A stretch of 32,000 nucleotides of DNA from Cuniculiplasma divulgatum (GCF_900083515.1 NZ_LT671858.1:30001-62000); one strand, 5' to 3'; counted from the stretch's first letter, positions 1 through 10,442 are shown. Notes: a model not told the origin generated them from the letters alone. Numbers and translations are program-made.

Positions 1-248
1 TACCTGTCCAGATGAACTTCATATCTATCCCTGTACTCAACGGCGTGGACACACTGGGTTGTGCCTGGAACAGATGCTCTCCAGTCTGCTATCTGACCCT
101 TAATCTCACCAAGAGATCTCCTGAATAGCCCAGAATCCCTGGGCTTAGGAACATTGCTGATCCCATCATTCTTTGGCACAACCACAACATCTCCCTGTAT
201 TGCCTCAGTTATCTTTATCTGCCAGAATGATCTTGAATTCTGATCCAT
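1..248 (-). CDS. hypothetical protein, N-terminal part (gene runs off the left edge)
   Basis: My own reverse-strand translation starts at the ATG (complement of 246-248): MDQNSRSFWQIKITEAIQGDVVVVPKNDG...CVHAVEYRDRYEVHLDR. It stays open for 82 codons to position 1. It is absent from the track because no stop lies in the window. It is divergent from pyrG across an AT-rich spacer. No family recognised. Confidence 0.4.
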   Translation of the reverse strand, partial: MDQNSRSFWQIKITEAIQGDVVVVPKNDGISNVPKPRDSGLFRRSLGEIKGQIADWRASVPGTTQCVHAVEYRDRYEVHLDR

Positions 249-411
249 ATAATTCAGAAATGCCAAATCTTTATAATAACATTGGGTGATTCTATTTACC
301 GGCATGCGGATAAGGCCAATTAAGGTATTTTGACGGTTAATATGTGAAGATTGTAACATTATTTTAATCATTGATACAACAATTTTAATAACAGCCAACT
401 ATTCATTAAAA

Positions 412-2025
412 ATGAAGTATATTGTAATTACAGGAGGTGTCCTTTCCGGTATTGGAAAGGGAACAATTGCCTCAAGTTTATGTCACATACTTACTAATAG
501 TGGGGTCAAGGTAACAGCATTAAAAATAGACCCATATCTCAATTATGATGCAGGAACAATGAACCCATACCAGCACGGAGAAGTTTTTGTACTGGATGAT
601 GGAAGTGAGGTCGATCTAGATCTAGGAAATTATGAAAGATACCTGGATAGAAGTCTAACAGGAAATAACAATATCACAACAGGAAAGGTTTACAAGGAAG
701 TCATAGAAAGGGAAAGAAGGGGAGAATATCTTGGTAGTACCGTACAGATCATACCTCACATAACAAATGAGATAAAGAGAAGGATAAGAAAAGTTTCAAG
801 TGCCGAAGATCTCGATGTGGTTGTAATCGAAATAGGGGGAACTGTGGGAGACATAGAGTCAATGCCATTTCTGGAGGCAATAAGGCAGCTGAGAAGGGAA
901 GAAAAAGGACAGGTGTTTCTCGGTCACGTAACACTTGTACCGGAAATAGGAAGGGAAGAGGAACAGAAGACAAAACCAACACAGCATAGTGTTAGGGCAT
1001 TGAAGGAAATTGGACTGCAACCTGATCTCTTACTTTGCAGATCAAAGAACCCACTGTCTAAGGAGGTGAAGAAAAGAATATCACTGTTCACTGATGTGCC
1101 TGAAGAGGCCGTTATAAGTGTTTATGAAGTGGAAAATGCCTATCAGGTTCCTGAAGTAATAGAAAAACAGTCTGTAATCGATATTATTAAATCACAGCTG
1201 GGTTTGCAGACCACAGTGTTCAGGGACAGCTGGGAAACGTACAAGGAAAATCTGCTCTCCCCGGACTCTTTTGTTGATATAGGAATAATAGGAAAGTACA
1301 CAGAGTTGCATGATGCCTATATTAGTCACAGAGAGGCAATGAACCACGCAACTGGGAGTACGGGCATTGGAGTTAATATTATCTGGCTGGATTCAGATAT
1401 GGTAAAGGAAAATCCATCAGTACTGGAAAAATTAGATGGAATACTTGTAACACCCGGATTTGGATACAGAGGGGTAGAGGGTAAAATACTTGCAGCAAAA
1501 TATGCGAGGGAAACCAATACACCATACCTTGGCATATGTCTTGGATTTCAGGTTGCAGTCATAGAATACGCGAGAAACGTTCTAGGGCTTGAAGACGCAA
1601 ACAGCACGGAGTTTTCAACAGATTCAAAAAATCCTGTTATAGATATCCTCCCAGAACAGGTTGGCGTCAAGGATATGGGTGGTACCATGAGGCTTGGAGC
1701 CAAGAAAGTTGTTGTAAGTGAAAATACACTGGCCTTTGATCTTTATAAACAGAATGAAATAATGGAAAGGCACAGGCACAGATTTGAGGTTAATCCAGAA
1801 TATATTAAAAAGCTGGAAGATCATGGTCTTATATTCTCAGGAAAAGATGAGGAGGGAATAAGAATGGAAATACTTGAGATTAAGAACAGAAAGAATTTCA
1901 TTGCATCCCAGTTTCATGCAGAATTCAAGTCTAGACCACTTAAACCATCTCCACTGCACTTACATCTTGTTAAGATGGCATTTGAATTCAGGAAGGAAAA
2001 AGTACAAATGGAACAGAGAGCATGA
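412..2025 (+). CDS. pyrG: CTP synthase
   Basis: 537 aa. The N-terminus [17 protein letters not shown] is the canonical CTP synthase P-loop-like start. The C-terminal glutamine amidotransferase has GICLGFQ (nucleophile Cys) and HRHRFEVN. Confidence 0.97.
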   Translation: MKYIVITGGVLSGIGKGTIASSLCHILTNSGVKVTALKIDPYLNYDAGTMNPYQHGEVFVLDDGSEVDLDLGNYERYLDRSLTGNNNITTGKVYKEVIERERRGEYLGSTVQIIPHITNEIKRRIRKVSSAEDLDVVVIEIGGTVGDIESMPFLEAIRQLRREEKGQVFLGHVTLVPEIGREEEQKTKPTQHSVRALKEIGLQPDLLLCRSKNPLSKEVKKRISLFTDVPEEAVISVYEVENAYQVPEVIEKQSVIDIIKSQLGLQTTVFRDSWETYKENLLSPDSFVDIGIIGKYTELHDAYISHREAMNHATGSTGIGVNIIWLDSDMVKENPSVLEKLDGILVTPGFGYRGVEGKILAAKYARETNTPYLGICLGFQVAVIEYARNVLGLEDANSTEFSTDSKNPVIDILPEQVGVKDMGGTMRLGAKKVVVSENTLAFDLYKQNEIMERHRHRFEVNPEYIKKLEDHGLIFSGKDEEGIRMEILEIKNRKNFIASQFHAEFKSRPLKPSPLHLHLVKMAFEFRKEKVQMEQRA

Positions 2026-2031
2026 TATGGT

Positions 2032-5000
2032 ATGGCCACCATAAGTGAAACTGATTATCAGCTGCTGGTCAGGAAAAAAGTCAATGAATGTTATGATGTG
2101 GCCAGGGTGGCAAGGTCAAGGGGACTGGACATTACTGACAGGGTTGAAATACCACTGGCCAATGATATGGCAGACAGGATAGGAGAACTGCTAAATCTAA
2201 AGGATATAAGTCAGGAAATTAGAGATTTATCCCTGACAATGAGCAGAGAAGAAGTGGCCCTTGAGATGGCAAAGAGGACCGCACAGAAATATTCCGGCGA
2301 GGGGATGGATAAGGCCGTTGATATGTCAGTGAGGGTCGGTCTCGCAATTCTTACCGAAGGCATCCTTGTTGCACCTCTGGAAGGGATTTCCAGGGTAACC
2401 ATAGGTAAGAATTTTGATGGCACAGATTATGTTTCAGTTGTATATGCAGGGCCTATAAGGGGAGCTGGAGGAACCGCTCAGGCTCTTAGTGTACTTATTG
2501 CAGATCTTGTGAGGAGACAGCTAAATATAGGAAAGTTCCAGATCACAGATGAGGAAATAGAAAGATATATTGAGGAAATTCAGAGTTACAACAGGGTGAA
2601 ACATCTTCAGTATCTCCCGGATGATCAGGAGATAAAGAATGTCCTGAAGAACTGTCCAGTATGTATAGATGGAGAGGGAAGTGAAGATGAGGAGATCTCA
2701 GGTCATAGAGATATGGAAAGATTCAAAACTAACAAGATCAGGGGTGGAATGTGTCTGGTTTTATGTGAAGGACTTCTCCAGAAGACAAAGAAGGTTCTGA
2801 AGCACACCACTAAACTGGGAATAAATGACTGGGACTTCCTTGAAAAATCAGGAAAGAACACAACAGATGTTGCAGTTGATCGGAAAGCCACAAAATTCCT
2901 TGGAGATCTTGTGGCAGGCAGGCCTGTTTTCGGCTACCCAAACAGACCTGGGGGCTTCAGGCTTAGATATGGAAGATCAAGGTTATCAGGACTTGCTGCA
3001 GCTTCCATACACCCTGCAACAATGATCATACTGGACGATTTTGTTGCCACCGGAAGCCAGCTGAAGGTAGAGCTGCCAGGAAAGGCAGCCGCAATGACAC
3101 CCTGTGATGAAATCGAAGGCCCCATGGTTCTTTTAGATGACGGAAGACATCTCAGAATCAGGGACGAAAAGCAGGCTAAAGAGGTTGTAAAAAAGGTAGT
3201 TGAGATCACAGATCTGGGGGAGATACTCATATCATATGGTGATTTTCTTGAGAATAACCATGTTCTTGAACCCTCTCCATTTGTAATGGAATGGTGGAAT
3301 AAACTCGCAGTTGCAGCAAATGTTCCAAGGGAAAGAATTATAGTAAGGAATGTAAAGGATGCAATTGACCTAAGTAAAGAATTCCACATACCTCTTCACC
3401 CGGACTATAACTTTTTCTGGCATGATCTCTCTGTTGAGGAAATTAACGAACTAGGGGATATCATAACTGATTCTGTGAAAAAAAAGAATTACCCATCAAT
3501 CAGTGGTGCAGATAAAACTGAGGATATATTGAAAAAATTAGGAGTTGAATATCACACAGTAGGAAATGAGATCATACTTGATGACAAAAACATACTCAGG
3601 GAATTAATGGGCAATTTCAGGCATATAGAAACAACTGATCCTATGGAATGCATAAGCAGTATTGCGGGAGTTACCATTATGCCAAGAGCTCCGGTACGAA
3701 TAGGTGCAAGGCTTGGAAGGCCAGAGAAAGCGGGAGAAAGAAAGATGAAACCAAAGGTGCACTCCCTTTTCCCAATTGAAAACACAGGCTCTTCAAGACG
3801 TTCAATAATGGATGCTGCAAAGTCATCACACTCCAAATATGAGGTTGAAGTAAATGTCAGAAAGTGCACAAACTGCAATCATGTGGGACCGGAGGTAAGA
3901 TGCAGCGAATGTGGCTCTCCAATGAAGGATTCCGGGACATATGAAAAAATCAAGGTTGATCTATCAAAGATATGGAATTCAGCGCTGGATAATCTCGGGG
4001 TTAGTCCAAATGATCTAAAGGAATTCAAGGGCGTAAAGAAGGTAATGTCAAAGGGAAAGCATGTTGAACCACTGGAAAAGGGAATTCTACGCTCGCTGAA
4101 TAATGTATCAGTGAATAAGGATGGAACATGCAGGTATGATATGAGTGACGTACCAATAACACATTTCAAGTCCTCTGAAATTTTCCTTCCTGAGGAGAAG
4201 GCAAGGGAGATCGGGTATGAACCAGGAATGAATGAACTATTCACGCAGGATATCATAATACCGATGGACTGTGCAAGATATCTTTTAAATGTCTCAAAAT
4301 ATGTTGATGACTTACTGGAAAAGTATTATAAAATGGATAAGTTCTATAATTGCAGGGATGAAAGTGATCTTATAGGACATATTGTCATAGGACTTGCTCC
4401 GCACACTTCAGGTGGTATAGCCGGAAGAATTATAGGTTTCTCAAGGGTGAACGGGGGATATGCACATCCGTTTTATCACGCTGCAAAGAGGAGGAACTGT
4501 GATGGTGATGAGGATTCTGTAATGCTCCTGATGGATGGACTTCTCAATTTTTCTAAAGATTTCCTTCCTTCAACAACCGGGGGTCTAATGGATGCTCCAC
4601 TTGTAATGACTCTTTTGCTGAGACCTGATGAGGTTGACAAGGAGGCCCTGAATGTGGACTCACAATCAGAATATCCACTTGAATTTTATGAGGCAACACT
4701 GAAGAGGATTAAGCCTGCAGAGATAGAAGAAATGATGAAACCTGTGAAGTATATGGTAGAAAAAACAGGGTCTGCCAGAGGAATGGACTTTCAGTTCAGT
4801 ACAAAAGACCTCAATTCAGGGGTTTTATTATCATCATATAAAACTCTTGAAACAATGTCAGAAAAGATAGAGAAGCAACTCAACCTTGCAAAAATCATAA
4901 GGGCAGTTGATCAGGACGATGTAGCATCCAGACTTATAAATTCACACTTCCTTCCGGATATGTTTGGAAACTACAGGGGCTTCTTCTCTCAGGAAATGCG

Positions 5001-5298
5001 CTGCACAAAATGCAATGCAAAGTACAGGAGAATTCCACTTTCAGGAAAATGCCAAAAATGCGGAAATGATAACTTGATCCTCACCATACACAGAGGAGGA
5101 ATAGTGAAATACATGGAAGAAACTAGAAAATTAATGAAGAATTTCAACCTGCCACCTGCACAGATGTACAGGATAGAGAATATTTTCAGGTCAATAGACA
5201 CATCATTCAACAGTACCGAGGATATTCAGAGGGTCGAAACACACATTGAAAATCCACTGGATAATTACGGTGAAATTGAGGAGGAGATTCTGGAATGA
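2032..5298 (+). CDS. polC: DNA polymerase II (PolD) large subunit DP2
   Basis: 1088 aa, the typical DP2 length. It has Cys-cluster zinc modules (CTNCNHVGPEVRCSECG and CTKCNAKYRRIPLSGKCQKCG) and conserved blocks such as GRPEKAGERKMKP and NCDGDEDSVMLLMD. The length argues against an intein. Confidence 0.95.
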   Translation: MATISETDYQLLVRKKVNECYDVARVARSRGLDITDRVEIPLANDMADRIGELLNLKDISQEIRDLSLTMSREEVALEMAKRTAQKYSGEGMDKAVDMSVRVGLAILTEGILVAPLEGISRVTIGKNFDGTDYVSVVYAGPIRGAGGTAQALSVLIADLVRRQLNIGKFQITDEEIERYIEEIQSYNRVKHLQYLPDDQEIKNVLKNCPVCIDGEGSEDEEISGHRDMERFKTNKIRGGMCLVLCEGLLQKTKKVLKHTTKLGINDWDFLEKSGKNTTDVAVDRKATKFLGDLVAGRPVFGYPNRPGGFRLRYGRSRLSGLAAASIHPATMIILDDFVATGSQLKVELPGKAAAMTPCDEIEGPMVLLDDGRHLRIRDEKQAKEVVKKVVEITDLGEILISYGDFLENNHVLEPSPFVMEWWNKLAVAANVPRERIIVRNVKDAIDLSKEFHIPLHPDYNFFWHDLSVEEINELGDIITDSVKKKNYPSISGADKTEDILKKLGVEYHTVGNEIILDDKNILRELMGNFRHIETTDPMECISSIAGVTIMPRAPVRIGARLGRPEKAGERKMKPKVHSLFPIENTGSSRRSIMDAAKSSHSKYEVEVNVRKCTNCNHVGPEVRCSECGSPMKDSGTYEKIKVDLSKIWNSALDNLGVSPNDLKEFKGVKKVMSKGKHVEPLEKGILRSLNNVSVNKDGTCRYDMSDVPITHFKSSEIFLPEEKAREIGYEPGMNELFTQDIIIPMDCARYLLNVSKYVDDLLEKYYKMDKFYNCRDESDLIGHIVIGLAPHTSGGIAGRIIGFSRVNGGYAHPFYHAAKRRNCDGDEDSVMLLMDGLLNFSKDFLPSTTGGLMDAPLVMTLLLRPDEVDKEALNVDSQSEYPLEFYEATLKRIKPAEIEEMMKPVKYMVEKTGSARGMDFQFSTKDLNSGVLLSSYKTLETMSEKIEKQLNLAKIIRAVDQDDVASRLINSHFLPDMFGNYRGFFSQEMRCTKCNAKYRRIPLSGKCQKCGNDNLILTIHRGGIVKYMEETRKLMKNFNLPPAQMYRIENIFRSIDTSFNSTEDIQRVETHIENPLDNYGEIEEEILE

Positions 5299-6074
5299 AA
5301 GGGGCACTTTTTGTAGCCGGACCAGCGGGAACAGGTAAGTCGACATTCTGTGCTTCATTCAAGGACTGGCTAACAACCAACAACATGGATGCAGCCATTG
5401 TGAATCTGGACCCTGGGTCAGAATTCATTCCATATGAAAGTGATATAGACATAAGAGAATGGATATCCATAAGCGACATAATGAGCGAATTCAACCTGGG
5501 ACCAAACGGTGCCCAGATCGTGGCTTCAGATCTCATAATAGAAAATGTAGATAGAATAAAGGCACTTCTGGATGAACTCACTGACTACTATGTAATCTTC
5601 GACACACCGGGACAAATAGAACTCTTTACCCTGAGATCTTCAAGTTCAATGATAGTGGACTCTCTTGGGGGCAAGAAATCCATGCTGGCATTCATTGGAG
5701 ATTCTATCATATCATCAATCCCATCCGGATATATATCGCAGAAACTTATGTACGCATCAGTAATGACAAGGTTCTTCAAACCAACACTGTATATAATGAA
5801 TAAATCAGATATTCTTCAGGATGATCAGCTTGAAACGATTTCGCAGTGGGATGAGTCTGTTGACAACCTAATGGACAGCCTGATGGAGGAAAAGGTAGAT
5901 CTTAGAAAGGACTTCTTCTACAACGTGATGAATTCTTTCGATGAAAGCGGTCTAAGCAGTAAGATGATACCTGTGTCTTCAAAGAACATGTTCGGAATGG
6001 AAGACGTTTATTCTGCCATGTCGCTCTTCCTTTCAGGAGGGGAAGATGAGGACACTATGTATAAAGATGATTGA
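5295..6074 (+). CDS. GPN-loop GTPase (PAB0955/Npa3 family)
   Basis: 259 aa. Motifs: Walker A GPAGTGKST, the GPN motif in FNLGPNGAQ, DTPGQIELF (G3) and NKSD (G4). The start overlaps the polC stop (ATGA), which suggests translational coupling. Confidence 0.88.
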   Translation: MKGALFVAGPAGTGKSTFCASFKDWLTTNNMDAAIVNLDPGSEFIPYESDIDIREWISISDIMSEFNLGPNGAQIVASDLIIENVDRIKALLDELTDYYVIFDTPGQIELFTLRSSSSMIVDSLGGKKSMLAFIGDSIISSIPSGYISQKLMYASVMTRFFKPTLYIMNKSDILQDDQLETISQWDESVDNLMDSLMEEKVDLRKDFFYNVMNSFDESGLSSKMIPVSSKNMFGMEDVYSAMSLFLSGGEDEDTMYKDD

Positions 6075-6160
6075 AGGAAGACATTTCAAAACTTCCAATT
6101 TCGTCAAAATTTATCCATTATCATTTCATATCTTTTGAGAAATTTTATGGAAAATTATCT

Positions 6161-6196
6161 GGTAAACATTGAGAAAGTTTAAGTAAATAGTTTACC
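6161..6196. promoter_or_regulatory. inverted repeat GGTAAAC-N22-GTTTACC bracketing a TATA-like box upstream of the PadR gene (candidate operator)
   Basis: GGTAAAC at 6161-6167 and its reverse complement GTTTACC at 6190-6196 flank TTTAAGTAAATA. This lies about 8-20 nt upstream of the candidate starts. Confidence 0.3.
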
Positions 6197-6203
6197 TATT
6201 AGA

Positions 6204-6554
6204 ATGTGGCATCATATGAAACTGTCCGATGAAAAAATACTGAGAGGATTGCTCAGTATATACCTCTTAAGGGAAATGTGCATTAAACCACGTTACGGAT
6301 ACGAACTAAACAGGGAAGTTACGGAAAAAATAGGAGTGGAACTTCCAAAGGGTACAGTTTATGTTTTGCTCAAAAACCTTAAAAATAAGGGGCTTATAGA
6401 AAATGAAGGATCCTGTGAAGAGGATCATCAAAAGGCAGTAATATACAGGATAACAGATAAGGGACATGAGTTCGTAAAATCCCATTATCAGGCTCTGAGA
6501 CTTGCCAGAGGCATGATAGATGATATCCTTATGACAATTGATAATAATTTATGA
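6204..6554 (+). CDS. PadR-family winged-helix transcriptional regulator
   Basis: 116 aa. PRYGYELNREV...GTVYVLLKNLKNKGLIE matches the PadR wHTH signature. The true start may be the ATG at 6216 (MKLSDEK), given a TATA-like box near 6178-6189. Confidence 0.8.
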   Translation: MWHHMKLSDEKILRGLLSIYLLREMCIKPRYGYELNREVTEKIGVELPKGTVYVLLKNLKNKGLIENEGSCEEDHQKAVIYRITDKGHEFVKSHYQALRLARGMIDDILMTIDNNL

Positions 6555-6588
6555 CTAAGTTATTTATCCTTATTTGTAATCACTAATT

Positions 6589-7251
6589 ATGAGCATTAAA
6601 GTTTTAACAGCACCAGGACCAGTTTGTTTTCCACTGCTTGCAGTTGACAGTAAGGATATAGATGTAAAATTTGGAAAGGATGGGAATGCTGACATAATCA
6701 TGGATTCTTCAATCTCACTGATCAAGAGAAAGTTGCCAATTCATATGGTATTATTAAGTGGATTATCGATGGTTAGCCCAGATTTCAATGGAACAACAGC
6801 AATATTGAGAAAGGGTGGAGCAAGTGATGTTTTATCAAAAATTATTGTGAGGAATGAATCCTTGCCAGTAGACTTTGTTTATGGAGAGAATATGGAAGAA
6901 ATTAAAGCACTGTTAAATAAGGGTAAGGCAACTTCAGCAGTAGTTATGTCCATGAGTGGAATGAAAGGTATTACACTGGAGGAAAGGGCTAAGAAAGCTG
7001 GGATCTATGTCCCAGGAAGCTGTTCAGCCTCATTTGAGGATAGGAGCACTCTAAACGATTTCAGGACCATTTACAACCAGGGACTGGAGGAATTTAATAA
7101 AAATCCGGAAAAGGCTGCAGAGACAGTTTCAAAAAAATTACCGAATAAATTTCCTCTTGAGTTCATAATTGGCACCATGAAATCCATGAAGCCAATACTG
7201 GAAAAACCTCAAGATTACAGCAAGCTGGAAGGGGCAGTACTTAATGCCTGA
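6589..7251 (+). CDS. hypothetical protein (alpha/beta, possibly periplasmic-binding-protein-like; family not recognised with certainty)
   Basis: 220-aa ORF sits between the PadR and MFS genes on the same strand. Its stop overlaps the MFS start by 8 nt. No catalytic motif recognised. Confidence 0.6.
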   Translation: MSIKVLTAPGPVCFPLLAVDSKDIDVKFGKDGNADIIMDSSISLIKRKLPIHMVLLSGLSMVSPDFNGTTAILRKGGASDVLSKIIVRNESLPVDFVYGENMEEIKALLNKGKATSAVVMSMSGMKGITLEERAKKAGIYVPGSCSASFEDRSTLNDFRTIYNQGLEEFNKNPEKAAETVSKKLPNKFPLEFIIGTMKSMKPILEKPQDYSKLEGAVLNA

Positions 7252-8455
7252 AAATTCAAACACAGATAGGCAAATAGATCATAGGACAGTAATCGTAATC
7301 ATAGCGGTCATCCTTTCGATGACCTTTGCCATCAGGTCCAGTAACAATATGTATGTTACATCTGTACCTCTCTTGGCAAGGTACTACTTTTTCTATTCCA
7401 ACGTCGAGATAGGTCTTCTGGCTTCAGCTGCATCCCTGACTACCTTTATAATGAGTACATTCATCAATGCAAGAGCTGAGTCCAAAACAAGAAGGAAAAT
7501 TTTCATTATTTCGTCAATAATATATGCAGTTACTTTTCCGCTCTTCTATATATCAACTCCCTTCACAATATGGATAATTCTGCCAGTTGCATCTTTCACA
7601 CTGGGTTCCATAATGCCCAATATTATCACATCAGCGTCTCTTTTTAAGGATAAACGACAGAGGGAAAGAATCCTTTCCATTTACACCCTCACTCTCAGTC
7701 TTTCATTGATACTTGGACCGTATATTGAAAGTGAACTGCTCCACTACGTATCATTCCAAGAATCATTCCTTATATTCTCCATTTTACCGGCCGTAGGAAT
7801 GATCGATTCATTCTTCATAAAATTTCCAGATGAGATGGGTGTCAGGAGAAGAGGATTTGATATAACAGTACTAAAGGATAAGGGATTTCAATCATCACTT
7901 CTCAACATCCTTGCCTATAACATCCCCTTTGCCTTTCTCACCACGTATGGTGGGCTCTTCGGCATATCTGACTTCAATATAAACATCTCTACGGTCAATC
8001 TGACATTCAGCCTTTTCTTTCTAACATCATTCATATCAAGACTTGTATTTTCTGTGAGGGTACCAGAAAGATTGCCAAGATTGATGTTTTCAGCGGTTAT
8101 TCTTTCCGCCATAGGATTGCTTGTACTTGGAACAGCAAAATCCTATGATTATTTTATGTTAGCATTCCTGATCCTCGGCATCCCCCATGGACTTACATAT
8201 CCACTTTCTGTAATGTCCATAACAAGGAGTTTTCCAGAAAACAGGAGAAATATGGCTAACAGTTATTTCTTTTCCATAATGATGGCCATTGGTACAGTAA
8301 TGCCATTCATATCTGGTGAGGTAATAAAAATAGTAGGATACAGAAACGCATTCCTCGTGGTCATACCTGTCATATTTGTAATTCTGGCAACTCTGTACAT
8401 TGTACTCAAGGCTAAGGAGCGAGAAGAATCAACCTCAACAATGGAAAAAACATAA
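7244..8455 (+). CDS. MFS-type transporter
   Basis: 403 aa with about 12 hydrophobic segments in a 6+6 arrangement. A basic central loop (DKRQRERILS) is typical of major facilitator proteins. Confidence 0.8.
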   Translation: MPENSNTDRQIDHRTVIVIIAVILSMTFAIRSSNNMYVTSVPLLARYYFFYSNVEIGLLASAASLTTFIMSTFINARAESKTRRKIFIISSIIYAVTFPLFYISTPFTIWIILPVASFTLGSIMPNIITSASLFKDKRQRERILSIYTLTLSLSLILGPYIESELLHYVSFQESFLIFSILPAVGMIDSFFIKFPDEMGVRRRGFDITVLKDKGFQSSLLNILAYNIPFAFLTTYGGLFGISDFNINISTVNLTFSLFFLTSFISRLVFSVRVPERLPRLMFSAVILSAIGLLVLGTAKSYDYFMLAFLILGIPHGLTYPLSVMSITRSFPENRRNMANSYFFSIMMAIGTVMPFISGEVIKIVGYRNAFLVVIPVIFVILATLYIVLKAKEREESTSTMEKT

Positions 8456-8571
8456 TCATAGGGGTCTTATCTTCCGGTAAAATTTCGGTGATAATAATTC
8501 TTAAAAAACAATTATTTAAACGTTATCGATACAATTTTTAAACCAGTAAATAATATTGATCTGGTGAAAAA

Positions 8572-9189
8572 ATGGTAGAAAAATGGGAAAAGAAAAATCA
8601 ATTCAAGCCAAAGGGACTGGATGGTATATCAGATCAGCAAATAGAATATCACTTTGAGACGCATTATAATGGGTACGTCACAAAGTTGAATGAGATTTGG
8701 GAAAAACTTCCAAATGCAGACAGAAGCAAGGCAAACCAGAATTACAGCGAATTCAGGGAACTTAAGCTGGAAGAAACCTTCAATTATGATGGTTCGCTTC
8801 TTCACGAGATATATTTCGAGTCACTGAAAAAGGATGGTCTCAAGAATCTATCTGAAGAACTGAAAAAGAAGATCTCAGAAGATTTCGGAAGCTATGAGAA
8901 ATGGGTTGAGGACTTTAATGCTACTGGTACTGCATTCAGGGGATGGGCACTTCTTGTATATGACCTGAACACCGGAAAGCTGAGAAACATTGGTGCTGAT
9001 GTACACAACACAAATGGAATATGGAATGCCATAGTCGTCATGGCTCTAGATGTCTACGAACACGCATATTACGTAGACTACGGGGCAAAGAGGGCACCAT
9101 ATCTGGACGCATTCATGAAGAATGTAGATTGGGCATCAGTGAACAAGAGATTCGAAAAGGCTCACAAGGCATATCTCGCATTCAAATAA
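8572..9189 (+). CDS. sod: Fe/Mn superoxide dismutase
   Basis: 205 aa. HFETHYNGYV (N-terminal metal His) and DVYEHAYYVDY (the D-x-W/Y-E-H-A-Y-Y signature). A GGTGA SD-like motif precedes the ATG. Confidence 0.95.
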   Translation: MVEKWEKKNQFKPKGLDGISDQQIEYHFETHYNGYVTKLNEIWEKLPNADRSKANQNYSEFRELKLEETFNYDGSLLHEIYFESLKKDGLKNLSEELKKKISEDFGSYEKWVEDFNATGTAFRGWALLVYDLNTGKLRNIGADVHNTNGIWNAIVVMALDVYEHAYYVDYGAKRAPYLDAFMKNVDWASVNKRFEKAHKAYLAFK

Positions 9190-9425
9190 ACCCTCATTTT
9201 TCATTTTAATTTACAACCATAATTTTTTAAAAGTGGTAATTCGGTCTATAAAATTTGTGAAATCATACTTAAGAAATAAGAGCATATCTGCGAAATTATG
9301 TAATTTTAAAAATGTAGAATTGAAGGCAGAGGTAGTTATTTAGAGATTTTTAATTTAATGTCGTTACAAACCAAATACAATAAGCATAAAAGTGGAATAA
9401 TTATTTGATCTAAAGTTAATTTAAA

Positions 9426-10331
9426 TCAGGATTTTGCGCCCTTCCTCATCTTTCTGGTAATAGTCTCAGAGTTTTTCCAGTCCTCCTTGAACTTGTTATT
9501 GAATATCTTCTTCATCCCGTATTTCTTCACCATGATCCCTACTTCCCTGTTTTTCAGTAGACTTGTGGATGAGAAATTCTGTGAACCAATGAACACGAAC
9601 TTTCCTGTATGGATCATCTTGGCGTGCATATAGAGTTTTTCAGCAGGCATTACCCTAATTTTTGCACCATTCTTCATGAGTTCATCTGCGTTATTCATGT
9701 CCTCATCGGAAATGCTTGAAGGAAGTATCATCCTTAATTTCTTTCCCTTGGTCTTCAGGGTGTCAAGAATTACCCTGTCATTACCAAGTTCTTCTGTTTC
9801 TATGAATAGCTTCTTTCCGTCCCTCAGTATTCCAAGGATCCTGTTCTCAGAGTCTGGTGAAACAATCAGATCCTTTCTATCAACCTCACCTGCTCTTTCT
9901 CCCTTCCAGTCTGATTCAAATATACTTGCAAGGGATTTTAGAACCTTTCTTTCATCGCCTATTACAAAGTACTCCCTGTTGCTCTTGAATGCTGCATCTG
10001 TCAGATTCATTGTTCCTATTAGGAACCTCTTTTCATTGTACATGTATTTCGCATGATCAAAAACGTCAGTATTATCAAATCTTGAAGGAGAAAGATTAAC
10101 CTGTGCGCCTGTCCTTCTGAGTGCCTCAAGGCTGGAATGACTGCTTCCCTCATATGGCTCGCCATCAATTATTATCTGAACGTTTACCTTATGGGATACC
10201 CTGTCCTCGATTGCCTTCATGAATTCAGGATCGTCAATGAGATAGTAGTTCAGGTGCAGGAACTTTTGGCTTTCCCTTATGATCTCAAGTACAGGATTCT
10301 TTCCATCTTCGGGTTCAGTATGAATGTTCAT
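9426..10331 (-). CDS. phospholipase D superfamily protein with two HKD motifs
   Basis: 301 aa. HKD-like motif 1 is DHAKYMYNEKRFLIGTMNLT and motif 2 is MHAKMIHTGKFVFIGSQNFS. No hydrophobic membrane segment was seen. Confidence 0.85.
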   Translation of the reverse strand: MNIHTEPEDGKNPVLEIIRESQKFLHLNYYLIDDPEFMKAIEDRVSHKVNVQIIIDGEPYEGSSHSSLEALRRTGAQVNLSPSRFDNTDVFDHAKYMYNEKRFLIGTMNLTDAAFKSNREYFVIGDERKVLKSLASIFESDWKGERAGEVDRKDLIVSPDSENRILGILRDGKKLFIETEELGNDRVILDTLKTKGKKLRMILPSSISDEDMNNADELMKNGAKIRVMPAEKLYMHAKMIHTGKFVFIGSQNFSSTSLLKNREVGIMVKKYGMKKIFNNKFKEDWKNSETITRKMRKGAKS

Positions 10332-10442
10332 ATAGGGGACTAATAGCGTCTACCTTTTAAAAGTTAGCAGTAAACCTTTTAAGGGAATATCAAGGCAATA
10401 TTCAAAAGAAATAGAACTGAATAGAAAGACTAATTCACATAA

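Noticed and set aside
2934-3389. 151-aa minus-strand ORF, plus many other 60-130-aa ORFs antisense to pyrG, polC, the atp genes, the epimerase and fni (for example 749-982, 3552-4256, 11582-12004, 17281-17676, 23345-23755, 24437-24715).
   Set aside because: Each lies entirely inside a much longer ORF with clear family motifs on the opposite strand. Their translations are Ser/Leu/Pro/Phe-rich low-complexity sequences, typical of antisense frames of AT-rich coding DNA.
9021-9209. 62-aa plus-strand ORF overlapping the 3' end of sod in another frame.
   Set aside because: It is embedded in the strongly conserved SOD C-terminus, and its Arg-rich translation is typical of an off-frame artefact.
9190-9425. 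236-bp AT-rich convergent intergenic region between sod and the PLD gene, considered as a possible small RNA locus; AAAAGTGG occurs twice.
   Set aside because: It has no stable stem structure, no C/D-box or H/ACA-like motifs, and only a trivial 16-codon ORF. The 8-mer repeat is weak in AT-rich DNA. It is most simply two terminator regions.
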